Counted from the stretch's first letter, positions 18,390-27,449 are shown. The stretch: 64,000 nucleotides of DNA from an uncultured Planctomycetales bacterium (GCA_964499685.1 CAZCLW010000002.1:93013-157012), one strand, 5' to 3'. Notes: generated by a model not told the origin, from the sequence alone. Numbers and translations: made by a program.

Positions 18390-19343
18390 TTGGAATCTAA
18401 GAAAAGCATAGCGGCGCTTAATCGCGAATTACGCAATTTACCCGAATATGAATTGTACTTGTCGATTACAACCTTTGACATATCGCGGCACATATTTAAC
18501 AGAAATTATTATGAATTGTCTAAATTAATATCCTTTTTGGTAAATGACCCAAAAGCGGATCAATATATGATAGTAAAAAACCGTGATAAATTGGATATAT
18601 TATTAGATGAGATTATTCGCATGACGCATAATTTCGTAGCTTCCGCAATGTCTCTGGTTGATCATACAAGGATTTTCTATAAGAAATCATATGAAAAGAA
18701 TGACAGATTTCCTGATTATCAGGCAAAAATTGATGACACTTTTACGAATGATAATTTAGTACAGTTTGTTCATTGCCTGAGGCAATATTGCCAGCACTAT
18801 AGGTCTCCGAATATTTCTGTTGAGGAATCATGGAATCAGGGAGACCAACGCCCAAAGAGGTCAATAAAACTCTTAAAACGAGATTTAAATACATTTTCTG
18901 GGTGGAATTCTAAGGCAAAGAATTATTTGATGGGGGAGGATGAAAAAATTGACTTAATTTCTGTGATAGATATTTATAAGGATAAGATTTTAAATTTTCA
19001 TTCATGGCTCCGGAAAAGACAGGGAGAAATACATGCTGCTGAATTCAAAGTTTTAAGAGATAAGGAAAAAGAAGTTTTAGTTGCACAAATTGTTATGTTC
19101 TTAAATGGAGCTTTAAAGAATGATCGAATGCAATATTCAGGTGAAGATGAAATATTTTATGGCATATTTACATCTAAAGATTACGAAGAACTAGAAGCTT
19201 ATTCGTGGGATTCTCCAGCCAGATCAAAGCGAGCCATTGAGTTATTAAAACAACGTCTCGATGTACCCGAGGATGTCATCAGGAGAATCCGATTGTGGTA
19301 TGAGAAGAAAGCACAGAGAAGCGGCCTTGTAAACAAGAGATAA
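18390..19343 (+). CDS. Hypothetical alpha-helical protein, possible HEPN/Abi-like partner of the NTase
   Basis: 317 aa, AT-rich codon usage, apparent TTG start. Contains an R-x4-H motif (LRQYCQHYR) of the kind found in HEPN RNase domains. No other recognisable motifs. Confidence 0.35.
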   Translation: MESKKSIAALNRELRNLPEYELYLSITTFDISRHIFNRNYYELSKLISFLVNDPKADQYMIVKNRDKLDILLDEIIRMTHNFVASAMSLVDHTRIFYKKSYEKNDRFPDYQAKIDDTFTNDNLVQFVHCLRQYCQHYRSPNISVEESWNQGDQRPKRSIKLLKRDLNTFSGWNSKAKNYLMGEDEKIDLISVIDIYKDKILNFHSWLRKRQGEIHAAEFKVLRDKEKEVLVAQIVMFLNGALKNDRMQYSGEDEIFYGIFTSKDYEELEAYSWDSPARSKRAIELLKQRLDVPEDVIRRIRLWYEKKAQRSGLVNKR

Positions 19344-19453
19344 AGAACCAATGGACAAGGAAGCAATAGTTTTTTGGATAAAAAACTGTGAAAGAACTTA
19401 CGTGGATATGCAAGAGATGCGCGCATAACAATTAATCATGCACTGAAATAAGA

Positions 19454-20479
19454 TTGATTATTCCCATGTCTGCCCAATTCCTTACCAAATCCTCCTATTT
19501 TAAGCTCCTCCATTCCATCTGCTCCGAAATGTCTTCCGGTCTCGCCCGCGTCGAGAAGCTCCTTGAGCGCCAGAAGGTCGTGACTTATTGGGAGATCGGC
19601 AGACACATCAACCGCTACCTGGCAAAAAACGCGCCGGTGCGGGGCAAGATTGGGTCATTTTATGACCGGCTCTCCGGCGATATCAAGGTCAGCGCCAGGA
19701 CACTTCAGCATTGTGAGCAATTTTTCCGCTATTTTCCCCGGTTGCCCAAAGCGGACGGCCTAAGCTGGTCGCATTACCGTTTTCTTCTGGTCCTGCCGGA
19801 GGAGAAGGAACGCCTAAGCTGGATCAACCGTATCCGGCGGGCCAATATTTCGGTCAATGACCTGCGGCTCGAACTGCTTTCCAAGACCGGAAGTTTGGAA
19901 GAAGAGGAAGGGCAGCGGCTCGATGGACCGCGCCGCGGCGCATTGTACACCTATCGTTTGCGCCGTGCCGAAGGCCTGGAAGGGGTCGGGGTGCCGTGGT
20001 TCGTGGATTGCGGGTTTTCCTGCCGCATTGAGGCGCCTCTATCCCGGAGCGCTTTGGAACTCAAATATATCTACACTTCGGAAAAAACAAAAGAGGGCTA
20101 CCGGCTCAAGGTGACCGATACACCGGCGGATGCGATCTATACCTACAAGGCCAAGATGCGCCGGGTGATCGACGGTGATTCGCTGCTCGTCGACGTGGAC
20201 CTGGGCTTCGGCATCTGGACCGAACAGCGTCTGCGCCTGCGGCTGATCGATACGCCTGAGCTTGATACTCTGGCCGGACAAAAGACCAAACGCTGGCTGG
20301 AGAATGAATTGAAGGACTGCCCCTTTGTCATCGTCAAGACGTACAAGAGCGATAAATATGACCGGTATCTCGTTGATGTATTTTATGCGCCCGGTGAGGA
20401 AGACGCACAAGCGGTTGCCGATGAAGGAACGTATCTGAACGGCCGGTTGGTGGAGTTGAAACTGGCCAAGCTCTGGTAA
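19454..20479 (+). CDS. Fusion protein: DUF1016_N (YhcG N-terminal-like) domain plus staphylococcal-nuclease (SNase/thermonuclease) domain
   Basis: N-terminal KVVTYWEIGRHI...LSWSHYRFLL resembles the YhcG N-domain. C-terminal RVIDGDSLLVDV...LRLRLIDTPE...KYDRYLVDV...GTYLNGRLVELKLA matches the SNase catalytic core. Confidence 0.55.
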   Translation: MIIPMSAQFLTKSSYFKLLHSICSEMSSGLARVEKLLERQKVVTYWEIGRHINRYLAKNAPVRGKIGSFYDRLSGDIKVSARTLQHCEQFFRYFPRLPKADGLSWSHYRFLLVLPEEKERLSWINRIRRANISVNDLRLELLSKTGSLEEEEGQRLDGPRRGALYTYRLRRAEGLEGVGVPWFVDCGFSCRIEAPLSRSALELKYIYTSEKTKEGYRLKVTDTPADAIYTYKAKMRRVIDGDSLLVDVDLGFGIWTEQRLRLRLIDTPELDTLAGQKTKRWLENELKDCPFVIVKTYKSDKYDRYLVDVFYAPGEEDAQAVADEGTYLNGRLVELKLAKLW

Positions 20480-20595
20480 TAACGGACTTGCCTGAAGCCG
20501 GAAGCCGTGTAATACTTGTTTCTGCCCTCACAGTTATAACCTTCCTTATCCGATTTCCCCTAAAGCATAAACTAAACAATCCGCAAAGGGGAACT

Positions 20596-21009
20596 ATGTC
20601 TGTTGTAATTCCGCAGGAAGTCATCGAACAGAAAATCTATTTAATCCGAGGTAAGAAAGTGATGCTGGACAAAGATTTAGCCCAATTATACGGGGTACCA
20701 ACTAAGCGCCTCAAGGAACAGGTCCGCCGCAATCCCAGACGATTTCCGAATGATTTTATGTTTGAGCTGACATGGGAAGAAGCGGAGACGCTGGCTTCAA
20801 GGTCGCATTTTGCGACCTTGAAAAAAGGTAAAAATATTAAATATCTGCCCTATGTTTTTACCGAGCAAGGGATTGCCATGTTAGCCCGGAAACTTGAAGA
20901 GCTGGAAAGGAAATACGATGCACAGTTTAAAGTCGTTTTTGACGCGATCCGGCAAATTGTAGCACCGCCTGATCCGCCTAAGCGTAAGATAGGTTTTCAT
21001 GCTTATTAA
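20596..21009 (+). CDS. ORF6N domain DNA-binding protein (phage/mobile-element-associated family)
   Basis: LIRGKKVMLDKDLAQLYGVPTKRLKEQVRRNPRRFPNDFMFELTWEE is the characteristic ORF6N/KilA-like N-terminal domain. Confidence 0.6.
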   Translation: MSVVIPQEVIEQKIYLIRGKKVMLDKDLAQLYGVPTKRLKEQVRRNPRRFPNDFMFELTWEEAETLASRSHFATLKKGKNIKYLPYVFTEQGIAMLARKLEELERKYDAQFKVVFDAIRQIVAPPDPPKRKIGFHAY

Positions 21010-21071
21010 TCTTTTTTTAACCTTCCCTTAATCTCCCGCGGCGCACAATGGCGTCGGAAAGGGAGGTGGAT

Positions 21072-21422
21072 ATGAAAAAGGTATATTTGAACATGATGGT
21101 GGCGATGATGGTGAGTTTGGTTTGGCCGGTTGCGGGTTTCAGCCAAGGGACGGTGCAGGATGCGTCTCCTGATGTTCTCGAGGCCCCGCCGTCGGCGACA
21201 CAGGACCTGTTGATCGGAGAAGGGCAGTCTATCGAAGGCACGGTGACGTCGCTGGACCCCGCGGGCAACACGGTCAGCATCGCGGAAGACGCGACCGGGG
21301 AGGTCCGCACCTTTTCGGTCAGCGATGAAGAGGTCTTGAACGATATTGAGACCGGCAATCAGGTCAATGTGACGCTTATGGAAGATAATCCCGGCCGGGT
21401 CGAAAGTATTCAGAAAATATAA
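21072..21422 (+). CDS. Small secreted OB-fold protein, CusF-like / DUF5666-like (paralog 2 of 3)
   Basis: Signal peptide. Same G-x-V-x-x-LD...TV.I..D.TGE.....V.......I..G..V.V pattern as ORF 10679. RBS GGGAGGTGG. Confidence 0.45.
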   Translation: MKKVYLNMMVAMMVSLVWPVAGFSQGTVQDASPDVLEAPPSATQDLLIGEGQSIEGTVTSLDPAGNTVSIAEDATGEVRTFSVSDEEVLNDIETGNQVNVTLMEDNPGRVESIQKI

Positions 21423-21471
21423 GGGGACAGTCCCTATTTAGGGACAGACCCTCAAAACGGGTCAGTCCCTA
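21423..21471. repeat. Cluster of three copies of the same palindromic motif (GGGGACAGTCCCTA, TAGGGACAGACCC, GGGTCAGTCCCTA)
   Basis: Lies between convergent genes 21072..21422 (+) and 21452..23404 (-). The third copy falls inside the 3-prime end of the minus-strand gene. Confidence 0.7.
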
Positions 21472-23404
21472 AATTTTTTTCTCCGAAGCGCGCGGCGTGA
21501 TAGTCCTCCAGGAATGATTCAACCCTGTTCAGCGACTCTGCCGGAACGTCAGGGCGTTTTTTAAGACGTTCGACCACATCTTCGTCGGTTTCCGCCGCTC
21601 CACGTGTCTCACCGAATGACCGCTTCAGATATTGCTCATAACGCCGGTAAACGGCCTGCAGATGCGCCGGAGTCTTGAAGGCGGGTTTTTTCTGTTTCTG
21701 CCGGCCCAGCAGGCGTTTTATCCCGAGAATGATCGCTTTGGCGTTCATGACCAGCATGACCGCCATAAGCGTCAGAAGCACATTCATCTTCAATCTGTCT
21801 TTGTCCATGTTCTGCACATGCGCCGAAAAACGTAAAAAGCCCAGCCACATTTGTTCCGCCAATCTGTCCAGATCGATGAGTTTCTTTCGGCCTGAGCCCG
21901 TCGGAAGCACTCCCGCCGGGGTCGGGTCCAGCCCGGTCCAGGTTATGATCCTTTCTCCTGTCCCTGAATGTTCCGCCAGCAAAAGGACCTCCACCCACGC
22001 GTGCGCATCCCGGACGCGCGCCAAAAACCTGCTTTGCCGGCGGTCGGTCATCTCCTGGGTATAAAAGCCGGTCACGACGCGGGCCGGGATATTTTCCGCG
22101 CGCAAAAGCAGCGCCATGGCGGTCGCGAAATACGTGCAGTACGCCGGGCGCCGTTCCCTCATCATGGCGATCAAACTCTTATTATCCGCCCGGAAATCCG
22201 TCTCGAGCGAATACGCGAACTCATTCTGGAAAAAATTCTTGATCAGAAGGGCCTTTTGGGCCGGATCGGTCTCGTTCCCGACGATGGAAGAGGAAATGGC
22301 TTTGAGATCGGCCGCCATGTCGGGCGGGACCTTGATGTGCCGGAAAAGTTCCCGGCGTGTCAGCCGCGCCGGGATCAGTTTGTCACCGGCGAGGAAGGTG
22401 AGGATGCGGCTGCGCCTTTCTTCGCGGTCATACACGATCCAGTTCTCGTCCATTTCATACGCGCCGGGGCCGCGCACCTCCGTAAGGCCGGGCGGGGAAG
22501 GCACAATGTCTTTCAGGGAAGTGAACATCGTCAACTCGATCTCTTTGTCGCTGCCGGTGAGGCCGCCTCCGACGGGAATATATTCCAAGTCTTCCGGTTC
22601 CTTCCAGACACCGTTATTGAAGTCCCGGAAGACCTGTGTCCGTAGATACACTTCCGCGGTTCCCGGATATTTCACCTCCAGGACCGGACGCCGGTCAAAG
22701 GCGCTGTTTCCCGGAGAGATCAGATTAAGCTGTGGGCTGATGTTCAAAAAGTGCGTGTAGTGCCGCGGCATGATGTAATTGCGCATGACGTTCATAAAGG
22801 CCTCATCGAGCGCCCGGACCGCGGTCGAAATGTTGAAGAACGACACGATCATGAGCGCGATCAGCAAAAACGAAAAGAACGTGAAATTACGGTAATAACG
22901 GAAGATATGTTTACGTGTAGGCGGCCGGTGGAAGGTGTTGAGGATGACGATGACGACCGATAAAAGCGTGAAGATCGAGAAATCCAGGAACAGCGGGCGC
23001 GAATACGGGACGTTGATCGAGGAGGTGACGGTGAGCCAGGCCATGAAGATGATCAGAAAGAAGTTGTGGCGGTTGAAAGGTTTAAGCCACAACAGGACGG
23101 ACGCGATGATGGCCGCCGACTGGATGGCGGCGGTCAGCTCCGGAAAAGGCGACATGGCTTCTTCAGGCATAGGTACTGAAGAGCGGTAAAAATATCCCGC
23201 GACCAGCGACAGCAGGATGACCGCAAAAAGCGGCAGGCGCTCGAAGAGTTTAAAGCGTTTTTCCGTCGAGCCCAGTCTGAGAAAAGATGAAAGGACCACG
23301 ATGCTCCCCGCGATCAAAGGGAGTGCAGCCTCCTTCTGGCAGCTGGCATAGATGTTCCAGGAAAAAAAGAGGAGAACGGCGCTGTGGATGTAGCGTTTAA
23401 CCAT
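21452..23404 (-). CDS. Transglutaminase-like domain membrane protein (DUF3488/TGase family)
   Basis: N-terminal multi-TM region. Catalytic Cys-His-Asp core ...RRPAYCTYFATAMALLLRAENIPARVVTGF...RDAHAWVEV. The start overlaps the upstream DUF58 gene stop (ATGGTTAA). Confidence 0.75.
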   Translation of the reverse strand: MVKRYIHSAVLLFFSWNIYASCQKEAALPLIAGSIVVLSSFLRLGSTEKRFKLFERLPLFAVILLSLVAGYFYRSSVPMPEEAMSPFPELTAAIQSAAIIASVLLWLKPFNRHNFFLIIFMAWLTVTSSINVPYSRPLFLDFSIFTLLSVVIVILNTFHRPPTRKHIFRYYRNFTFFSFLLIALMIVSFFNISTAVRALDEAFMNVMRNYIMPRHYTHFLNISPQLNLISPGNSAFDRRPVLEVKYPGTAEVYLRTQVFRDFNNGVWKEPEDLEYIPVGGGLTGSDKEIELTMFTSLKDIVPSPPGLTEVRGPGAYEMDENWIVYDREERRSRILTFLAGDKLIPARLTRRELFRHIKVPPDMAADLKAISSSIVGNETDPAQKALLIKNFFQNEFAYSLETDFRADNKSLIAMMRERRPAYCTYFATAMALLLRAENIPARVVTGFYTQEMTDRRQSRFLARVRDAHAWVEVLLLAEHSGTGERIITWTGLDPTPAGVLPTGSGRKKLIDLDRLAEQMWLGFLRFSAHVQNMDKDRLKMNVLLTLMAVMLVMNAKAIILGIKRLLGRQKQKKPAFKTPAHLQAVYRRYEQYLKRSFGETRGAAETDEDVVERLKKRPDVPAESLNRVESFLEDYHAARFGEKNLGTDPF

Positions 23405-24653
23405 GCCGCGGCTCCTTGTCCCGCCGCGGCGGGGCTTGGGGCGTATAGAGCGCAACGGACATATCATCGACCGCTAGCGTTGTCTCTTTGTCGCGCACAA
23501 TGATCGTTTTGACCTTAAGCCCGGTCTCTTTGAGGCGCCGGATGAATTCCGCGCGCTCCCGGTCCCAGTCCTTTAAGAAAACGATGAGCTCGGAAAGTTC
23601 GCGGCCGTATTCTTTTAAATGAGCAAGGCTTTGGGCAAAATCGACCTTCCGGTCGCCTTCAATGCTTGAGAGGAACTCGAAAATGCGGTCCAGGTTATTC
23701 AGCCCCCGCCCGGACTGGATGTGCTGTTTTCTTTCGCTTAAGAAGATATCCAGGATGTAATCGCGTTCGTTCAACTCGCGGCACATGCCTGCGCAGAGGG
23801 AAAGACGCGCTTCAAAAGAAAGATGCTTTTCGAAGCGTTTGAGTTCCGTGTCGATATAAAAACCGATCCGCACGAAATATTCTTCGATGTATTCTTTGAC
23901 GATGAGATCACCGGTGCGGGCGGTGGAGGTCCAATGGATGTCCCTGAGCCGGTCGCCGTGGCGGTAATCGCGGGTGCTGGCGAATTCGTTGGAATCGCCG
24001 ACTTTATGGCTTTCCGAGATGCCGCCGCGCTGGTACGTGCGGTGTTTCTCGACGGGTATGTCTTCCGGCACGATAATGCGCGGATACACGATGAATTTGG
24101 CCGCTGCGCCGGTCTTTCGCACACTGCGGAAAAGCCCCGACGGGAAGTCCGAACAGGCGAGCAGCGGAGAGAGCTCAAAGATGCCGCGCCGGGGGGTTCG
24201 GAAAACCAGCGTGCAGGTCGCCTGCTCTCCCGGTTCCAGCCAGTCCACGGAGTTCTTGAATTCGGGATGGTCGAGGTCCGGATAAAGACCATAGGGCAGG
24301 CATTGTTCAAAGAGGGAAAGGTTGCGCAGGATCCGCTTGCCCGTATTTTTGACAAGGACTTTATAGACAAAATGTCCGCCGGCCGTGGTCGGCGAAAGGA
24401 TGCGCCGGGCTTCCACGCGCGGCCGGGCAAAGAGGGAAAGGAGCCAGGACGTGACAAAAAGTGCGAGCACAAAACTCGGTAAAAAATAGGCAAAGGACTG
24501 TATTCCGACCGAGGAAATGCCAAGACCGAACAGTCCGACGGAAAAAATGGCCTGGCCCCAGGGCGTGAACCTCGACTGGATAAAGGCGAGCAGCCGTTTA
24601 AATTGATGATGATCTTCGGCCGGTAAAAAGAATGACCATTCGACTCTGGGCAT
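23397..24653 (-). CDS. DUF58 domain protein (VWA-like, MoxR partner)
   Basis: GDSNEFASTRDYRHGDRLRDIHWTSTARTGDLIVKEY is the DUF58 signature. Two N-terminal TM helices. Confidence 0.8.
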   Translation of the reverse strand: MPRVEWSFFLPAEDHHQFKRLLAFIQSRFTPWGQAIFSVGLFGLGISSVGIQSFAYFLPSFVLALFVTSWLLSLFARPRVEARRILSPTTAGGHFVYKVLVKNTGKRILRNLSLFEQCLPYGLYPDLDHPEFKNSVDWLEPGEQATCTLVFRTPRRGIFELSPLLACSDFPSGLFRSVRKTGAAAKFIVYPRIIVPEDIPVEKHRTYQRGGISESHKVGDSNEFASTRDYRHGDRLRDIHWTSTARTGDLIVKEYIEEYFVRIGFYIDTELKRFEKHLSFEARLSLCAGMCRELNERDYILDIFLSERKQHIQSGRGLNNLDRIFEFLSSIEGDRKVDFAQSLAHLKEYGRELSELIVFLKDWDRERAEFIRRLKETGLKVKTIIVRDKETTLAVDDMSVALYTPQAPPRRDKEPRHG

Positions 24654-25600
24654 CAGCGCGGGACTTTAATGTTCGAAACTATTTCTTGCGTGATATCGGA
24701 AGCGGATGTGCCGCCGTATTGCGAACGCGAATCCAGGATGAGACGGTGGGACAGTACGGGCGCGGCCAGATTCTTTACATCCTCCGGGATTGTATAATCG
24801 CGGCCCTCCAGCAGGGCGCGGGCACGGACGATTCTCGCGTACAGCAGGCTGCCGCGGGTTGAAACACCCAGGCGGACCTTGGGATGTTCACGGGTCGCGT
24901 GCACGATCTCGAGCAGATATTGGCTTACCGAAGGCTCCAATTTTACCGCGTCCACGCAGCTTCGAAGCGCCAGTATCTCCTCCAGCGAAATGATCGGCCT
25001 GATCGACTCCACCGGATCGACGCTGGTACGGTTGATGGCCAGCGATTCTTCCACTTCGCGGGACGGATAGCCCAGGTCCAACTGGAGCATAAAGCGGTCG
25101 AGCTGGGCTTCGGGCAGAGGATAGGTCCCGTGGTATTCGATGGGGTTTTCGGTCGCGAGCACGATAAAAGGCGAAGGCAGCGCATAGGTGACCCCGTCGC
25201 TGGTGACATGCTCGTCGCTCATGGCCTCCAGAAGTGCGGACTGGGTGCGGGCCGAGGCGCGGTTTATTTCATCGGCTAAAATGATATTGGCGAAGATCGG
25301 GCCTTTTTTGAAAATGAATTGGCCCGAGGATTGCTCGTAGATATTGACGCCGGTGATGTCGGTCGGAAGCAGGTCGGGCGTGAACTGGATACGGGTGAAT
25401 TTTCCGGCGATCGTCTTGGCGAGGCTGCGGGCAAGTGTTGTTTTACCCACGCCGGGGATGTCTTCGATGAGGACGTGGCCGCCGGCGGTCAGCGCCAGGA
25501 CCAGCAGTTCGATCTTGTCTTCTTTACCCTGGATCACGCGGCCTAAGTTGCCGATCACGGCGCGCATTTGGGTGCTTATTTTATCGAGGGGAAGATTCAT
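24653..25600 (-). CDS. MoxR-family AAA+ ATPase
   Basis: Walker A GHVLIEDIPGVGKTTLARSLA, Walker B IILADEINRASARTQSALLEAM, and a typical MoxR C-terminal. The ATG at 25600 is preferred over the TTG at 25621. Confidence 0.9.
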   Translation of the reverse strand: MNLPLDKISTQMRAVIGNLGRVIQGKEDKIELLVLALTAGGHVLIEDIPGVGKTTLARSLAKTIAGKFTRIQFTPDLLPTDITGVNIYEQSSGQFIFKKGPIFANIILADEINRASARTQSALLEAMSDEHVTSDGVTYALPSPFIVLATENPIEYHGTYPLPEAQLDRFMLQLDLGYPSREVEESLAINRTSVDPVESIRPIISLEEILALRSCVDAVKLEPSVSQYLLEIVHATREHPKVRLGVSTRGSLLYARIVRARALLEGRDYTIPEDVKNLAAPVLSHRLILDSRSQYGGTSASDITQEIVSNIKVPR

Positions 25601-25651
25601 TAGATTGTCAAAATAGCACAAAAAAAGGAGACAGGCTACTTTTTTAATAAA

Positions 25652-25666
25652 TAGGGCCTGTTCCTA
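25652..25666. repeat. Single copy of the palindromic motif (TAGGGCCTGTTCCTA) in the divergent moxR / small-gene promoter region
   Basis: Direct inspection. Confidence 0.5.
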
Positions 25667-25687
25667 TTTATATGCTAATCTATTTTC

Positions 25688-25882
25688 ATGGCCGAACAAA
25701 TCTGTCCCCATTGCAAACAATCCACCTATGACGATGAGGCGCTCTTGTGTCATTTTTGCGGGGAAAGCCTGGGCCGCACCAGCCGCGGCGCTTTAGGCAA
25801 AATGACCGGCGCGTCGGCCAAATGGCTCTTCGCCGCGGTCGCCGTTATCCTCATCATCAGTTTCCTGCTGCTGTTTTGGTAA
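25688..25882 (+). CDS. Small zinc-ribbon membrane protein
   Basis: CPHC...CHFCG double CxxC followed by a C-terminal TM helix. 64 aa. Confidence 0.4.
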   Translation: MAEQICPHCKQSTYDDEALLCHFCGESLGRTSRGALGKMTGASAKWLFAAVAVILIISFLLLFW

Positions 25883-26005
25883 AAGCCATTCTGTTTCCCT
25901 GATGGTCTCTTTCTGTGATACGATAGAATTATTCAGTTGTTTAACCGGGACGCGTGAGGCCGCTTTTACGACCGTACGGGTTTCCTTCACGAAGGGAAGG
26001 TGAGT

Positions 26006-26497
26006 ATGAGCGGTTCTATCATTGTGGCCGGGCAAGCCGGCAACGAAATGACGCGCATGGTGACAGGATTGACCAACTACGGGTATACAGTTTTTCCCGC
26101 CGAGAACGGAGAGGCGGCCGCGGGGCTGGTCAAGGAGAAGAAAGAGCTGGTCGCCATTATCATCGGTTCGGCCCTGCAGGGTTTGAGCGCGAGCGATCTT
26201 TGCAAACAGATCAAGCAGATCGGCCGGCTGGACAAGGTACCGGTCTTTATCCTTGAGGACAAAGGGTTTTTACAGACCACGTACGCGGACCTGGGGATCA
26301 CGCAATTTTTTAAGGAGCCGTTCAGCACGACGGCGGTCGTGCGCGAGATCAAGTCGCTCAGCAGTGATGCCGGGCCTCTCGTCGGTAAACAAAACACAGG
26401 GAAACAACTGATAGGCGTCTGGATCGCTCTGGCGATAGCCTTGTGTATCCTGACTTTTTTTATATTCATCCCCCTGATGGCCGGCGGGTCCAAGTAA
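26006..26497 (+). CDS. Receiver-like (pseudo-receiver) domain protein with C-terminal membrane anchor
   Basis: CheY-like alpha/beta fold pattern (IVAG...AIIIGS...VFILED...). It lacks a clear phospho-acceptor Asp-Asp pair. A terminal TM helix is present. RBS GGAAGGTGAG. Confidence 0.35.
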   Translation: MSGSIIVAGQAGNEMTRMVTGLTNYGYTVFPAENGEAAAGLVKEKKELVAIIIGSALQGLSASDLCKQIKQIGRLDKVPVFILEDKGFLQTTYADLGITQFFKEPFSTTAVVREIKSLSSDAGPLVGKQNTGKQLIGVWIALAIALCILTFFIFIPLMAGGSK

Positions 26498-26694
26498 AGT
26501 CTTTATAAAGCTTTTACTTGACATTTCGGCGCCAGGCCTCATACTCATAGTGTAGTAAATAAAGGGAGAAGGAATCTTTAGACCGCAAGGCAAGAATTCG
26601 CCTGGCGGTTTTTTTGTTATTCGGTACTCCTGTCGTTGATGCTGTCGATCATCGAATTATTTACTTCAGTGTCATCGAGAGGAGGTAATTCACT

Positions 26695-26895
26695 ATGGCA
26701 ACAGGAAAAGTAAAATGGTTTAACGACCAAAAAGGTTACGGTTTTATTTCCCCGGAGTCAGGCAAGGATGTTTTTGTCCATCACAGTGCAATTCAGGGTG
26801 ATGGTTACAAATCATTAGCCGAAGGTCAGGCGGTCGAGTTCGATATCACCGACGGTCCTAAAGGCGAACAAGCCCAAAACGTGAGGAAATTATAG
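26695..26895 (+). CDS. cspA: Cold-shock protein CspA family
   Basis: [33 protein letters not shown] carries the RNP1/RNP2 motifs. 66 aa. A long 5-prime UTR of about 200 nt and a strong terminator are present. Confidence 0.9.
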   Translation: MATGKVKWFNDQKGYGFISPESGKDVFVHHSAIQGDGYKSLAEGQAVEFDITDGPKGEQAQNVRKL

Positions 26896-26904
26896 CCTCG
26901 AAAA

Positions 26905-26934
26905 GGCCCGGTCTCCAAAAGACCGGGCCTTTTT
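26905..26934 (+). terminator. Rho-independent terminator after cspA
   Basis: GGCCCGGTC-loop-GACCGGGCC hairpin followed by TTTTT. Confidence 0.75.
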
Positions 26935-26958
26935 AATTCACGAGAAAACAGGAGTCCA

Positions 26959-27180
26959 ATGTCAAAAGAAGAAGCTATCGAAGTACAAGGGGTCGTCCTT
27001 CAGGCCCTGTCGAATGCGAAGTTCCGTATCGAGCTAGAGCACGGCCATTCCATCATCGCCTACCCTGCCGGAAAAATGAGCAGGCATTTCATTAAGATCT
27101 TACCCGGCGACAAGGTCACCGTCGCCATGTCGCCCTATGACCTCACCAAAGGGCGCATCACCTTCAGGCATAAAACCTAA
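26959..27180 (+). CDS. infA: Translation initiation factor IF-1
   Basis: [63 protein letters not shown] is an almost canonical IF-1 S1-like domain. Confidence 0.9.
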   Translation: MSKEEAIEVQGVVLQALSNAKFRIELEHGHSIIAYPAGKMSRHFIKILPGDKVTVAMSPYDLTKGRITFRHKT

Positions 27181-27194
27181 AAGGAGGGCGTCCC

Positions 27195-27449
27195 ATGGGA
27201 CCCCAAAATGAAGAACGTATCCGGACCAAAGGGTCGATGGACCTTTTGCATGTTGAAAAGCTGCTCACCCGTTCCAACGGGAGTTTATATCTTTTGTTGC
27301 GTCTGGCCATGAAGCGTGCCCAGGAGCTGGCCGACGGGAAGCCGTGCCTGATCAAAGACCCGATGTCGGAAAAAACGGCTACCATCGCGCTCCAGGAGAT
27401 ACTGCAGGGCAAGATCGCCATCAAAGAAGGAAACGGCCGAAAGTCTTAG
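27195..27449 (+). CDS. rpoZ: DNA-directed RNA polymerase subunit omega
   Basis: LYLLLRLAMKRAQELADGKPCLIKDPMSEKTATIALQEILQGKI matches the RpoZ core. RBS AAGGAGGG. An alternative ATG start lies at 27237. Confidence 0.6.
   Translation: MGPQNEERIRTKGSMDLLHVEKLLTRSNGSLYLLLRLAMKRAQELADGKPCLIKDPMSEKTATIALQEILQGKIAIKEGNGRKS

Noticed and set aside
17861-21009. Prophage or integrative element carrying the ORF6N and nuclease genes
   Set aside because: No integrase, recombinase, capsid, terminase or direct-repeat att sites are visible in or next to the islet. I therefore describe it as a possible defence islet rather than a prophage.
21968-22760. Two overlapping + strand ORFs (225 and 214 aa) inside the transglutaminase-like gene
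   Set aside because: Antisense to a gene carrying the catalytic Cys-His-Asp core. Arg/Gly-rich artefact frames.
23771-24523. 250-aa minus-strand and 219-aa + strand ORFs overlapping the DUF58 gene
   Set aside because: Alternative frames of the DUF58 coding region. Only the annotated frame carries the DUF58 signature.
26497-26694. Long cspA 5-prime leader as a possible RNA thermosensor or cold box
   Set aside because: This is plausible from what is known of cspA genes. However, I cannot identify a conserved cold-box sequence by eye, so it is left unannotated.
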